From Podarcis muralis (Eukaryota), in assembly GCF_964188315.1 (NCBI RefSeq), contig NC_135657.1:31062001-31126000 (forward strand): a stretch of DNA of 64,000 bases, written 5' to 3'. Position 1 is the first letter of the stretch; every line of letters starts with the position of its first letter. Shown in pieces: positions 14,332 through 26,393 of this stretch. The notes below the pieces were generated by a model. It was not told the origin of the DNA, made no database searches, and saw nothing but the letters and a program-made list of their open reading frames with translations. The translations under genes were made by a program, and so were the position numbers.

Positions 14332-14379
14332 AGAGAGCGATTGAGAAATATTGAACGAATCTGCTTTCTTTTGCGAAAG
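14332..14379 (+). CDS. CNIH3: CNIH3 coding exon 3 (RERLRNIERICFLLRK)
   Basis: Long polypyrimidine tract then ttgacag|AGAGAG...CGAAAG|gtagga; 48 nt. This 16-aa segment is characteristic of CNIH2/CNIH3 and absent from CNIH1; RLRNIERICFLL is the CNIH3 form. Confidence 0.97.
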
Positions 14380-15193
14380 GTAGGAATTAACCCACGTCGG
14401 CTGTGGGCTTTGGGCTGTTCAAAGGGATCTGAGCCATCGTATCGGTGTTGCTAGAAATAGCACTGGACCTTTCCTAAGGTTCCTCCTCCAGCAAGGAGGC
14501 GATAACGGCAGAATGGAAATTGAAACTGATGTGACCTTTGAAGGAAGGAAGGAAGCTAATTAGGAGGGACTTCCAATCAGTCAATAATATTCTAAAAAGA
14601 AATGAACTTTTCAGAACATCATTGGCTTCTCTTTAATAGCCTCATTTTTTTAAGGAAGCAGATGACTTTAGGAGGCATAATTTGGAACCTGACATGCAAC
14701 CTTACATCTTTGTTCCTACGCTTTTTTCTATAACTATGCAACAATAATCTGATAAATGGCATACCTTTTATTGTGAGCCTTTTATTATGATTTTCAAACA
14801 TTTGAAAGGGAAAACTGAGCACTTCTTTTAAGGGTCTTGGAAAAGCATTTGCTGCTTTCTCTTTACGTAACTTTTTGAGCAATAAACGATCTTCTGTTAA
14901 TTCTCTAGTGAGGTTTCCTGCACAGTGGCTCTCACAGCAACCCCACACCTTGAGTGCTATGGGAAACAACAGTCTCACACTGGTGTTCCCAACAGCAAAC
15001 TCATTACAAGTGGATATCCTATATATGCGTTTGCTCACCTTTAAACACCTATGTATTTATGTCTGGAACCGGCTGGCTCAGCCAGGTCCTTAAATGTGCA
15101 CGACATCGACATATTATTCACTTGCTCCTGGAAACACTGCAGCTGTTCTACTTGTGTTCTTTGTTTTCGAGGAAAGGACAATACAATAGTTTA

Positions 15194-15335
15194 TCAGAGA
15201 AGCATTGAGTTGGAAGAGACCTTGAGGATCATCTAGCCCAACTCCCTGCAATACAGGAGTCTTTTCCCCAACGTAGGGGTCAAACCCATGACCCTGAGGT
15301 TGATTCTTATGCTTACCAACCGAGCTATCCCAGCT
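15194..15335 (-). mobile_element. tRNA-derived SINE with CR1-type 3' tail
   Basis: Minus strand AGCTGGGATAGCTCGGTTGGT...GGTCATGGGTTTGACCCC (tRNA A/B boxes) fused to GGGCTAGATGATCCTCAAGGTCTCTTCCAACTC (CR1 tail). Confidence 0.75.
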
Positions 15336-15339
15336 CACT

Positions 15340-15512
15340 TGGAATGAAGCTTTGCATTCAAAGGGCCCCAGGGTGAATCCCTGTTGTTTCTGGGTATGGC
15401 TAGAAAAGAGGCCTGTCTGAAGCCCTGGAGAAACACTGTTGATCTATATAGGCAGTGCTGAGCTTGATGGATCGGTGATCTGTCTGAGTATAAGGCAGCT
15501 TCCTATCTTCTC
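15340..15512 (+). mobile_element. Squam2-like tRNA SINE, degraded
   Basis: GCTTTGCATTCAAAGGGCCCCAGGGTGAATCCC...CTGAGCTTGATGGATC...CTGAGTATAAGGCAGCTTCCTAT. Confidence 0.7.
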
Positions 15513-16688
15513 TTTGCTCCGAGATACTAACCCTACTGCTCTCCTGGAAATAGTTTCATTGTGTTACTTGCTAAGTCAGCACCCTTCTAGTTTCCAAGTC
15601 GTGCCCCAGTTTTTGTAATGTAAAGCAACAGACAGAGGTAATTTTATTAATATATGTGTGTTGCCTGGAGATGTCTTGCCCACACTGGTATTTAATTTTT
15701 ATTGAGCCTAAGCATCCTTGCTAACAGCAGAAGCAGTACCTTTCCGTTAATTACATCCTCCACATATCGCACACTCTAGGGAACAGGTTACTTTTCATAC
15801 TCTTAAATTGTTTGTTAATACAGTCCCTTTTTCCAGAGGTCTTCGGGGAAATGCTGCTTTTAATTGGGATATGTGCTTTAGGGAAAAAGGAAAACAAGAT
15901 AATTCAACAGAAAGGCAGTACTCACAGTAGACAACTGCTTACAGTAGCTTTCTCTGGATAGCAATTCTGGGGTATTCAAGGTTAGCAGCAGAGCTTTGGG
16001 GAGCAATTAGAACACTAAACTAGTTTATGAATAAAGTAAAATGTTGGGGAAGATGGATGCAATTGTTAAGGCACACTTCAGGTATGCAGCCTCATTATTA
16101 TATTGCTTTGTGTGGCCTTGGAAAGTGCAGTGTGTTGTGTGCATTTTCTACTTCCTAAAGCGTTCTCCTGAAATAACTCACTTGAATGAAAAACAAAATC
16201 TGTTTCTTTTCTTTTCCCATTTTTTTTTTAAAAAGAGTTGGGCTAATGAAAGATTTCACCTTAAGGTCTTTTTGTGAAAATGATTGGTTCAAGCCATGAC
16301 AATTTTTAAAGTTTGTGGGACTATTACTGTTGGTTTTGGTACAACTGGGCTCTATGATTAGAGCACAAAGCGCCTTAGGGTAGAACATCATCCAGTTGTT
16401 GGGCAGGAGCTATCAGCTGAAGACCAATGTTCTATACAGCAACTACTGTACAGCCTTTTACCCAGCTATTTAAGGAGCTTCCTTCTATATTAAAAATCTA
16501 GCATCTTTGTCTGAAAGTGTGTTAGTGATTTATTTAAACAGTTATAGGACCAATCTACATGACATACTTAGAAAATGCATGCAGAAAATTGTTATGGCAG
16601 TCATGTTACTGATGTCCATACTAGTTTGGTTTACAGATTTTCTGTGATGAAAGACCCCTAAATGTACACTGCCCTGTTACTGGTTACT

Positions 16689-17070
16689 AGTAGGGATGAG
16701 GGGGAGAAAACAATTTAAGTTTGTATTTAAAGGCAAATTCACACTTATTAAAACAATATGCAACCTGAAATAAAGCTATCCTTCAAAATTTATAGTTATC
16801 TGAATTTTGCAAGGCTGTTCTCTGGTCAAGTAATGTATTCAAAAATGTGTACATTAAAGTGCACATATAAATGCATATATTTGTGAAAATAACATACACA
16901 AATGTATTGTGTTAAGGGAAACTGCATTTAAAATATTGTGTAGTTGGAGAAATTCACATGAAAATGCTGATGAATATTCATGAGAACTTAAAAACAACCC
17001 CAACAAATAATGGAAAACTGGAAAATGAGAAACTGAGAGAAACTGTATTTGACATATTTGCCCATTCCTA
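16689..17070. mobile_element. AT-rich unclassified element with TAGGGATG / CATTCCTA termini
   Basis: Short terminal inverted repeat; resembles from memory a frequent lacertid dispersed repeat; class not determined. Confidence 0.45.
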
Positions 17071-17389
17071 GCGACTAGCAGAATTGCTATATGCAGCTTA
17101 TCATTTGCTAAAAATCAGCAAAGGGAGAAGGTTGTTGCCTTCATGTCTTGCTTGTGGGGTTACCAGAGGAATCTTCTTGGCTTCTGGGGTCAACAGAATG
17201 CTGGACTAGATGGGCCTTTGGTTTTACCTTCTTAGAAAATGAGCAGGTGAGCTGGTCTTAGAGCCACAAATAGAATTTATAGTCCTTCCTTGATTACCTC
17301 TGTAAATCATTGTTGTTGCTGCTGACTTACTTAGGTCAACCTGCTTCTTAATTTAGAAAGGGCTGAATAGGAATTGTAAAACTTCACTG

Positions 17390-17543
17390 CAGTGGCGTAG
17401 CGTGGGGGGTGCAGGGGGGGCCGGCCGCAACGGTCGCAACATCTGGGGGGGACGCGCTCGCACTCAAGTGCTAAAATCCACGGGTTAGGGGGCGCAAATT
17501 ACTTGCCTTGCCCCGGGTGCTGACAACCCACGCTACGCCACTG
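17390..17543. mobile_element. hAT-type MITE (TIR CAGTGGCGTAGCGTGGG)
   Basis: 17-bp perfect TIRs; perfect 8-bp TSD CTTCACTG; CpG-rich. Confidence 0.93.
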
Positions 17544-18930
17544 CTTCACTGACTAGTCACATTGGATGGCAAGAACTCCAGCATAACTGACTGTACTGTT
17601 GATGCTTACTTGGAGGCCAAGGTTCCCCATGCTCTTTATGTGTGTGGTTAGATGGGACTAGCAATGCAAGGACCCCTCCAGGTGTCTTTTGTATTGCGCA
17701 TTCATTGTGGTTTGTGCCTATGGGGCAATCCCACTTTTAATACTATTTGTGCCTGCAAAAGTTTTGTGGCAGTCATACCACTTCCTTTTCAGTCAGTGTA
17801 TATCCTGTAACTTTCTGCTGAAATGCCACAACTTTTCATATCACGGATGTTTGGGTGTGTGTGTGTCCTGCTTTTGTTGTTCTATTGCCCTTCAGATAGC
17901 AATAATGAGGTAGCTTTGGGGGACGCATTGCAGAACAACTAATGAAACTGAATAAAAACACCTTTATTGCACTAATGAGTCAATAACAGGTTTCAGGATA
18001 TACCTGCAGTTATAATACCAGTCTGGAGGGGTCCTAATACTCAGTATTCTTACTCAGAAGTAATTCCTCCAGTCTTCAGAGAGTTCTACTTCTGTGTAAC
18101 TATACTTATTTAAAAGTGACCTAGTCCTATTTGAAAGCCTCTGGGTTCGCAATATGTTTAGAAATACACTGAAAATGTATAAAATACCGTAAATTAAAAA
18201 ATAATTGGGGGAAAACCTGATCTGCTTAATCTCAAAGAGAAAGGCTTTGTTCCACCCTCTGCAGAGGCTTTGGGGGAAGGAGGGGGAGGGAAACATCCAT
18301 TGGACGAGCTTGCCTTCTACTCACACAATATTGGATATGATCCTGTGCTTTTGACAAATGCTCCAGAATGTTTGTGGACCACAAGCATAATGCAATCTGG
18401 GCTCAGAGAAATATATATATTGTTGCTGCGTGAACAGGACTTTCTCTGATGTTGCATTCGCATTGCCAGGACCTTTGCAACAGCCCATTCCTGAAGCAGA
18501 GACAATCTGATCTTCATATGTTCCTTCCGCTCTCTGCAAACAGCAATGGACTTACCTCTTCAATTAGGTGCATGAGACAGGCACAGACTCCGAGGCCCAA
18601 TTTAAATGTGGTGTCAGCCATGCAAGTACATCCGAATGTGTATCAGATCATTGGCCCACCTAGTTCATATCATTACTCAGACTGGCATCAGCTCTCCAAG
18701 TGTTCAGGCTGGAGTCCTTCCCAGACTTGTCCGCAGATGCCAGACATTGTAACTTGGGCCTGCTGCATGCAAATAATGTGCTGTGTTTCTGAGCTACGGC
18801 CCTTCTCCCCCCCAAAAAAACTTACCTGTGGGACATACCGCACATCTCTTTTAAATCTGGTTGTCTCACTTATGTGTCCAGCATTAGTACACCAGGTTTC
18901 CAGCACCTGGGGGTGAACTGTGCTAGTTTC

Positions 18931-19332
18931 ATATGAGGAATGGTGGATGGAGTTGCATATATTTAGCCTGGATAAGAGGAGACAGAGGGGAGATATGATA
19001 GCCATCTTCCATTATCTAAAGGGCTGTCACATGGAAGATGGAGCAAGCTTGTTTTCTCCTCCTCTGGAACGTAGGACTCAAACCAATGGCTTCAAGTTGC
19101 AGGAAAAGAGATTCCAACCAAACATCAGGAAGAACTTTCTGACAGTAAGAGCAGTTCAACAGTGGAACGGTTTCTCTCGGGAGGTTGTGGACTCTCCTTC
19201 CTTGGAGGTTTTTAAGCAGAGGTTGGATGGCCATCTGTCATGGATGCTTCAGCTGAGATTCACGCATTGCAGGGGGTTGGACTGGATGATCCTCGCGGTC
19301 CCTCCCAACTCTCCCTATTCTGTGATTCTATG
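18931..19332 (+). mobile_element. CR1 LINE 3' fragment
   Basis: YEE...FSLDKRRQRGDMIAIFHYLKGCHMEDG...[16 protein letters not shown]...[12 protein letters not shown], followed by the CR1 3' tail CCAACT...TGATTCTATG. Confidence 0.96.
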
Positions 19333-22224
19333 TGGAACAAGTTTTCCTTGTGCTCCCAGTTTCACTCTTATACCTGCCCTGGATTATCGGCTAGTAGAAA
19401 TGAAGCTATTTGAAGTCCTGGCAGTAGGAAGATGCATTCTGGCAATTTTCCTGAACAGAGTGCAGGAGATATTCTTAGGTTTGATGAATTACCCCGTGAC
19501 AAAAAACATAATGAGAACAGAAAATGGCCCACCATGGGTCCCCTTCATTGACAGTGATTGTAACAGAGATGGAGTGAGTGCACTTTGCCTGCACTCATTA
19601 GAGTCCAAAGATGGCTGCCTTATCTTTGTTACAGCGGATAATGCTTTCCCCATTCAGACCTCCTCTATATCATGACACTGCTGAGTCTGACTCATTGGAT
19701 GGGCCACAGGAAACCTGTAGAAGGCTCCTCCAACAGTGTGATTAGTAGCAAAACCCGTGTCAAGAGGCAACAGAGATGAATTGTGAAGACTTACTAGCAC
19801 TTGTAAAAAAAAAAAAAAGCAACCCTTTGCTGCAGTTCTTCAGGCAATCGTTCAATTCATATTTTAATAGCTTAAATGTCCTATGAGACAATGGCACAGA
19901 TAGCATGGCCTGGCAAACCCTGCTTGAGACAAAGTGAGAGCTATATTTAGGGTTTCTATTTAAGCCACTTGCTGTGCTGCTAACCATGCAAGACTTGTAA
20001 ATAGTTCTAATTTTTTTTTAATAAAAAAAGGAAGTTCATGGGCAGTTAAAAAGAAACAAACCACCTTGATTCTGTATGTTTTATATTTTTGATTATAACA
20101 AGAAAACTAAAAGAGGCAATTGCCCCCACATTGTATTATCAGTTGCAATAAACTAAAGTAAAACTGTAAGGATGATAATAAGTTCACACATATAAAATAG
20201 AGATGGATTCCTGGAGAATACTAGAAATTAATATTCCTTTTACTCAGTTGCAATCCCACCTGTCTTCCATCATGGAACCTGAGGCAGCAGGTACCGTATG
20301 TGTTTGCAGCTTGTGGTTTGTCTGGAAGAAACAAACCATGAACCCGGGTTCAGAAAATACACTAAGCCACACAGCAGTAGGAATAAAGTGGCTGCAATGT
20401 CTTCTTCGGGATCCTGTGCTTACATGCTCCAGCTAAGCCATGGTTTGGTTTAGCATAATGTGCAAACTGACTAGTTATAAGAAATTTGCTCTAGTCTCCC
20501 AGCAACTACTTGAATATCCCAAAATAGACAGACTGGTGGTGAAAGCACTACAGCACTGCAAATAACTTATATTTTGCCCCACCCCCTCCAGGTGCTAAAT
20601 GAAATATGAAAATAGAGCATATCCCTGGAGTGTTGCTGTTCCAGGTGTGAGACCTGAATCCTGACAGCAAGTCTCTTAATGATGGCCCAGATAATATCCC
20701 TTGTTTTCTTCCTGTTTATTTTTCTTCCTGTATTGTGAGTTCATACTTTGCTGTTTGGGTCTGTTTGCCCTAGAAATGATTTAAGAACATATTGCAAGCT
20801 ATAGGAAGATAAGCAGACAGTTTTTTTTAGGGTTTTTTGTTTTTTAAAGTGCTGGAAAGGTGTGCTTTTCTTTTAAAAAAAACTGCTCTGGGAAAAACAC
20901 AACAGTTCAGCTATAAGCAAAAGAACCAGAATATTTCTTAGTTTCACTTCAGTTTTCTTCTTGGTTACACATTTAAAGAGTGTATGAATGGTGTTCAATT
21001 TATGGTGGCTTTCTTAAACGTTTAAATTATTATTATTATCTGTATACTTCCCTATAGCCGCAGGTCTCAGGGTGCTTCACAACATAATAACATTTCACAA
21101 TGTAATAACACAAAGAGCATACTGCTCTTTGCCTTCGTCATCTTGTAATAAGAAGCAAATTGCCTCTGAATATGGAGGCTCCATTCTTGTTGGCAGACCT
21201 ATCCTGGGCTAATGGCCCTCACAACATATCAATAAGACATTCAGACTCTGATGAGAAGGGGAAAATATCAGATTTTCATGGTAATATAGCATAGATAAAA
21301 AATGTTTGAGTACCAGTGTCCCATATGGGGGTTCTTTTTGATCAACTAGAAACATCTAAGGATACTGCCTGTACCCACTTACCAGGGTGTAAGCCCTGTT
21401 GGACTCAATTGAAGTTTCTTTTGAGTAGACATGTATACAGTTGCTTGTAAATCAATTAAAAATTGCTTTCAAGCTCATCTTGAGGGCCATGAGGGCTAGC
21501 AACCTACTTCTCTTAAAATGAAAACCGAGATTCCCGGAAAACTAAGTTTTGTGAGTTTTGCTCTTTACTGTACTTGTCTAGAACATGCACTATCCTGGCT
21601 GTAAGCAAAAATGTAATCCAGTAAACGGGAACAATTATAGCAAGCTGAAGCATCTTGCCTCCATTACAGTGCAACCCTATACAAGCCTACTCAAAAGTAA
21701 GCCACAATGATTTCATTGGGACTGACTCTCAAGTTAGTGTGCATAGATTTGCAGCCTTAGTCAGAAAGAGATGAGCTTGAATTTTTACCAAGAAGACAGA
21801 ATGAAGTCTTGTTGCTTATTGAGAAAGTTGGACTAGATGCCTCTTGAGACACTTCCAGATTGCCTGTGATTCTGGGTGAACTCTGAACTCAAGTCCTGAA
21901 GACAAGTTCTATTAAGGCATTGTTTCTGTTCCTGTGTGATCATGGTATCTCCCCTGCCAGGTAAGTATGTTCCTAACATTTTTATCACCGAGAACAAAAA
22001 TTCTACTTGGGCTAAAAATACACTGAGTACAAAACTTCTAGCTAGTTCATGGAAATCCTTTCCCCTTTATTCTTTCATGAATCATTTATTTTTGGACTAT
22101 TTCTGTAAAGTGTCCCTCACTTGTCAGAGGAGAAATGGAGCACTTTGCTGTTTATGTAAACTGCAGAGCTGTTGCAAGGTTGCACGAGTCACTGAAAAGA
22201 GGTGTTCTCTCTCTTTCTGCCCCT

Positions 22225-22380
22225 ATGATATGGCTGAGGCTCAGCGGACGCCAACCTTTTCTGCAGTGGCTCCTTGCTCGTGGAATGCTCTCGCCAGAGA
22301 GACTCACCTGGCTCCTTCATTACATATCTTTAGGTACCAGGCAAAAGCATTCCTCTTCTTCCAGGCCTTTGGATAATTAA
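22225..22380 (+). mobile_element. L2 LINE 3' fragment
   Basis: RTPTFSAVAPCSWNALARETHLAPSLHIFRYQAKAFLFFQAF, the typical L2/CR1-superfamily ORF2 C-terminus. Confidence 0.75.
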
Positions 22381-22801
22381 ACAATCTATAGCCTTTTAAA
22401 CTGCGGGCGGGGGCGGGAGGAAGGTGTTGTCTTTGTCTGTTACGATCGTATGATGATGATGATGATGATGATAATAATAATGGTTGAGAAATCAGAGAGA
22501 GGAGCTGAGGGAAGTCGTGGGAGGGAGGGTTTGTTGGGGAGGTGGGAGGGGAAAAATGGGGGGGAATAATGAAGATGATTTGTTTGGATAATTTGTTATG
22601 TTGAAATTGTTAATAATTTTTTTAATAATAATAATAATGATGATGATGATGGTGGCAGACAGAGAGGTGGAGAGGGATAAAGTGCTTTTGAAAGGCTTTG
22701 AAGAAATCAGCTTACATAGGCTTCTTCCATATCATTTCCCTTGCAACCAGGTTCCTTTCCCACGTCCAAAAATTAATCTCATTGCCAGCAAAAAGTGTTT
22801 A

Positions 22802-23031
22802 CAGTCGTACCTTGGTTCTTGAACACCTTGTGACTCAAACATTTTGGCTCCCAAACGCTGCAAACCCCGAAGTGAGTGTTGCGGTTTGCGAAGGTTTTTT
22901 GGAAGTCGAACGTCCAAAGTGGCTTCTAATTGAGTGCAGGAAGCTCCTGCAGCCGATTGGAAGCCTCGCCTTGGTTTTTGAACATTTTCAGAAGTTGAAC
23001 GGACTGCTGAAACGGATTCCATTTGAGACTG
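22802..23031. mobile_element. Tigger/pogo-like MITE
   Basis: TA|CAGTCGTACC...GACTG|TA ends; internal inverted repeats. Confidence 0.75.
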
Positions 23032-23446
23032 TACTTCACAATGTATGAATCAAGGTTCCTTTTGCCTTGAGTATCTCTCTTGTGAAACAACAACAAGCAT
23101 CACCTTGGGGAAGACTCAGTGCTTCTCTGCACCTTTTCCAACAGGGAGTGGGCAGTGTGGTGTAACAGAGCAAGTGATAGACTAAGGCAGGTAGGGAACA
23201 CTGGCCCTGGGGGCTGAATGTGGCCCTCAAAGTCCCTCCATTAAGCCATTGATGATCACCCGAGGCTACACCCCATACCGGTCCTGTTTCACACCCTCCT
23301 TCAGTATTTTTGCCTGGCTGGAATGTGTTTTTGATCTCTGATGTATGCCTCCTGCTTGTCTAGATGGAGGAAAGACAGGAATGTTTGAGTGTGTGTAGAA
23401 ACGAGTCTACTGTACGTAGCTAACAATTACATGCATTGTTCTAAAC

Positions 23447-24221
23447 CAGTGGTTTTCAACTAGTGTGCCGTGGCACCCTGGGGTGCCTTGAATGATGGTC
23501 AGGGGTGCTGTGAGCAACACTGGCCTCTCTCCCTCTTTCCTTCCATCCCAGCTCGGATGCCCACTCGCATGTCTGCGTCCCAAAGGCTTACATGGCTGCT
23601 TGTTGCGGCAGCTCTGCCTACAAGTTCCCCAAGTGAATGGTGCCTGTGGACCTGGCCAGGGGGTGCTTCCCAGGCCCCTGTGGGGCAGTTTGAAGAGGCA
23701 CCTCTCTTTGGAGCAGGGGGGGGCAGCTCAGAGACCAGGGGGAGCAGCAATGTCTGCCCAGAGGACTCCCAAGGAGAGGGGAGAGGAGAGGATGCCGAGG
23801 GAACACTCCACAAGGGAGGGTGTTTGAAAAGGGGTGAGGGTCTGCCGGCTCTGCAGGCAAGGGGTGACAGAACTGGGCTTCTGAGCCCCATGGTGGTGGT
23901 GCAGAAAGAATGTAGTTGGTCACTGTTATGTACTGAAGTTCTCACTCTGGGCCAGCAGGGGGGTACTGTAGATAGTTTTCACTCAAGTCCGCATATGCAA
24001 ATAAGGAATTGAAAGTGATGTTCAGTGATTGGATAGTTACAAAAAGTTGTTACTGTTGCATTGTAGTGGAGCTCTATATAAGCAGGCTGGCTGAACCCTT
24101 CAGTTCTGTTCTGGCCTGTGAATAAACAAGTGCTGTCTGAAGAATCGCTGTGTCGTCTGATATGTTCACCTACAACTTAACAGTCCCGGGAGCCATGGAC
24201 TCAAAAGGTTGAAAACCTCTG
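23447..24221 (+). mobile_element. Non-autonomous hAT element containing a solo LTR
   Basis: TIRs CAGTGGTTTTCAAC / GTTGAAAACCTCTG; 8-bp TSD TTCTAAAC/CTCTAAAC; homologous to 55808-56309. Confidence 0.85.
23924..24182 (+). mobile_element. Putative solo LTR (259 bp)
   Basis: TGTTA...TAACA inverted ends; TATATAAGC followed by AATAAA; 5-bp TSD GTCAC/GTCCC; absent from the sister copy at 55808-56309. Confidence 0.8.
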
Positions 24222-25174
24222 CTCTAAACACTTTTGGCTCTGGCCCCACCCACCATTGCAATGCGACCATTAAAAGGTTACCTAGAAGAGAAGGAGGTCC
24301 TCAAATGTTCCTTGAATTTGGTAAGGAGAGTTGCCCATCTCAGTCAGAAATGGCAAAATAATATACTGTATAATAATTTCCAACAAGTTGGTTAGAGGTT
24401 GTTGAGAGCCAATGTTACTTTCTGACAAGAGATAGCGAGAAGGTGCTAGCGATTTCCTGCGAAGTGGTAATCTGTGACAGTTCTTTACTGGCAAAAAATG
24501 TAATTATACCCTATGCTGTTGTGGAGAGAAAATGCAATAATGATGGGAATTGTTTCTTTTCAAATAATTTGACTGATTCTCTGTACAACTAAAGAGATAA
24601 ATAAAGTAATTACTTGTAAATTACATGCATTAGAAAAGTTAACCTAGCTTGTGGCTCATTTAAAAAAAGTATTAAAGACATATTTCAGGGAAGTTTGGTG
24701 CAATCATCATCACTATTATCTAGTTTTATAGCACTCACTTGGCAGTTGTGTGTCCTTGTGAACCTGCTTTGGTCCGAAGTTCATGCAAAGATGTCACAAT
24801 CTGCAAGCTTTAGTTCTTAGCCTCACATCAAAGAGATGGGTCTCAAACAGATCACTTTCAGCAGGGAAATAGGCATTAATTAAAGCTAAGCTTAGTGGTA
24901 ACTCTTTTGCTGCCTTGCAAGGAATTATAATGTGACTACTCAGATGGAATGGATTTCAGACGTGGAACTGAAAATCCATCCTTTTTGTCTATTCTGGACA
25001 CTTAATATCTCCATATTTTAAGAATATATTTTGAGGTGGTCCAGTAAGCTAGTAGCACCATAGAGAGAATGGGAGTAGCAGAGATGGAAGTGCTGGGATA
25101 TCTGTGAAGGACAGAGAAGTATGTATGTGGGGGTAGAAATAGAGAATATGAGTGCAGGAAGACTTTGGGATGGA

Positions 25175-25312
25175 GCAGGCATCCTCAGACTCAGCCTTCC
25201 AACTGTTTTGGGACTTGCAATTCCCATCATCCCTGACCACTGGTCCTGTTAGCTAGGGATGATGGGAGTTGTAGTCCCAAAACAGCTGAAGGGCCGAGTT
25301 TGGGGATGCCTG
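25175..25312. mobile_element. Palindromic hAT MITE, same family as the 27989 outer element
   Basis: CAGGCATCCTCAGACTC...ACTCCCATCATCCC...GGGATGATGGGAGTTGTAGTCC...GTTTGGGGATGCCTG. Confidence 0.8.
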
Positions 25313-26032
25313 GTATGGAGGAATATAAAGTAGAGGAAGGTATCTGAAAGATGGGGGTACAGGGAGATCTGTCTGGTAAATAAACAGACAAATTGGAATA
25401 GCAGTAGAGGCAGTGCTGATAGGTCAGTGCTACTGAAAGAGAAGAGGGAATGAGAAATAGGGCTGCAGTGCAAAATAATCTGTATGGAAAGAAAGGGTAA
25501 CATAGGATTGCTGATATGTGTTCACGCAAATAGAGAAGGCAATGAAGTGGGGTGGAGCTAAGGAGTCACTCCCTCAACACCCTCATTGCTGCCACTTACC
25601 TTGGTGACGCAGGGTAGCAGCCAGGTCAGAGCCATGTGCATTCCTTCCAATGCAACCTCACAGCTGCAACCTTACTACTAACCTGCCCTGCCCTATCCAG
25701 GTAAGGTATAGTAATGCGGGTGTCAGGAGGGCAGCTCTGTTGCTCTACCCTGCTACACCAGCCATTACTAGAGCTGGAGCTGTAGTTAGAACTATCGAGC
25801 TATAGATGTAGAGCTATAGATATATTTGCTTGTCTATTCAGAAGTAAATCCCATTGAGTTTAGTGGGTCACGCTCAGATAAGTACTTAACTGAAAGATAG
25901 CTGTATCCTGTCCTATAATATTGAAGTTCTTCTTTGGGGCTGTGATCCATCAAAGCAGTAGCGTTTCTTTATGCATGTAGCCAAGACCATCCCAAAGGTA
26001 TGTGGCAGGGATAGCAGTGGTTTGAAAACCTA

Positions 26033-26393
26033 CCGTATTTTTCGCCCTATAGGACGCACTTTTCCCCCTCCAAAAATGAAGGGGAAATCTGTGTGCGTCC
26101 TATGGGGCGAATACAGGCTTTCGCTGAAGCTTGGAGAGTGAGAGGGGTCGGTGTGCACCGACCCCTCTCGCTCTCCAGGCTTCAGGAAGCTATCAGCAAG
26201 CCTGGGGAGCCTGCGGGAGTTGGCGCTGGGCAGACATCGGCCAGCCCCACAAGCTCGGGGGACAGCGGGGAGGCACAGCGCCGCCATCCCGCTGTTCCTC
26301 GACCTGGTTTTGGGGGGGGAAATAAAGGCAAAATTTTTTTCCTTTATTTCCCCCAAAAAAAACTAGGTGCGTCCTATGGGACGAAAAATATGG
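26033..26393. mobile_element. Tc1/mariner-superfamily (Tc2/pogo-like) MITE
   Basis: TA TSD; TIRs CCGTATTTTTCGCCCTATAGGACGCAC / GTGCGTCCTATGGGACGAAAAATATGG; internal palindrome at ~26135-26175. Confidence 0.85.

Noticed and set aside
18920-19675. 251-aa ORF as a host gene
   Set aside because: The first half is CR1 ORF2 C-terminus and the rest is read-through into flanking intron.
22698-23048. 116-aa ORF
   Set aside because: Mostly within a Tigger-like MITE.
23470-24012. 180-aa ORF and overlapping ORFs
   Set aside because: They lie within a GC-rich non-autonomous hAT element plus an LTR; no transposase motifs.
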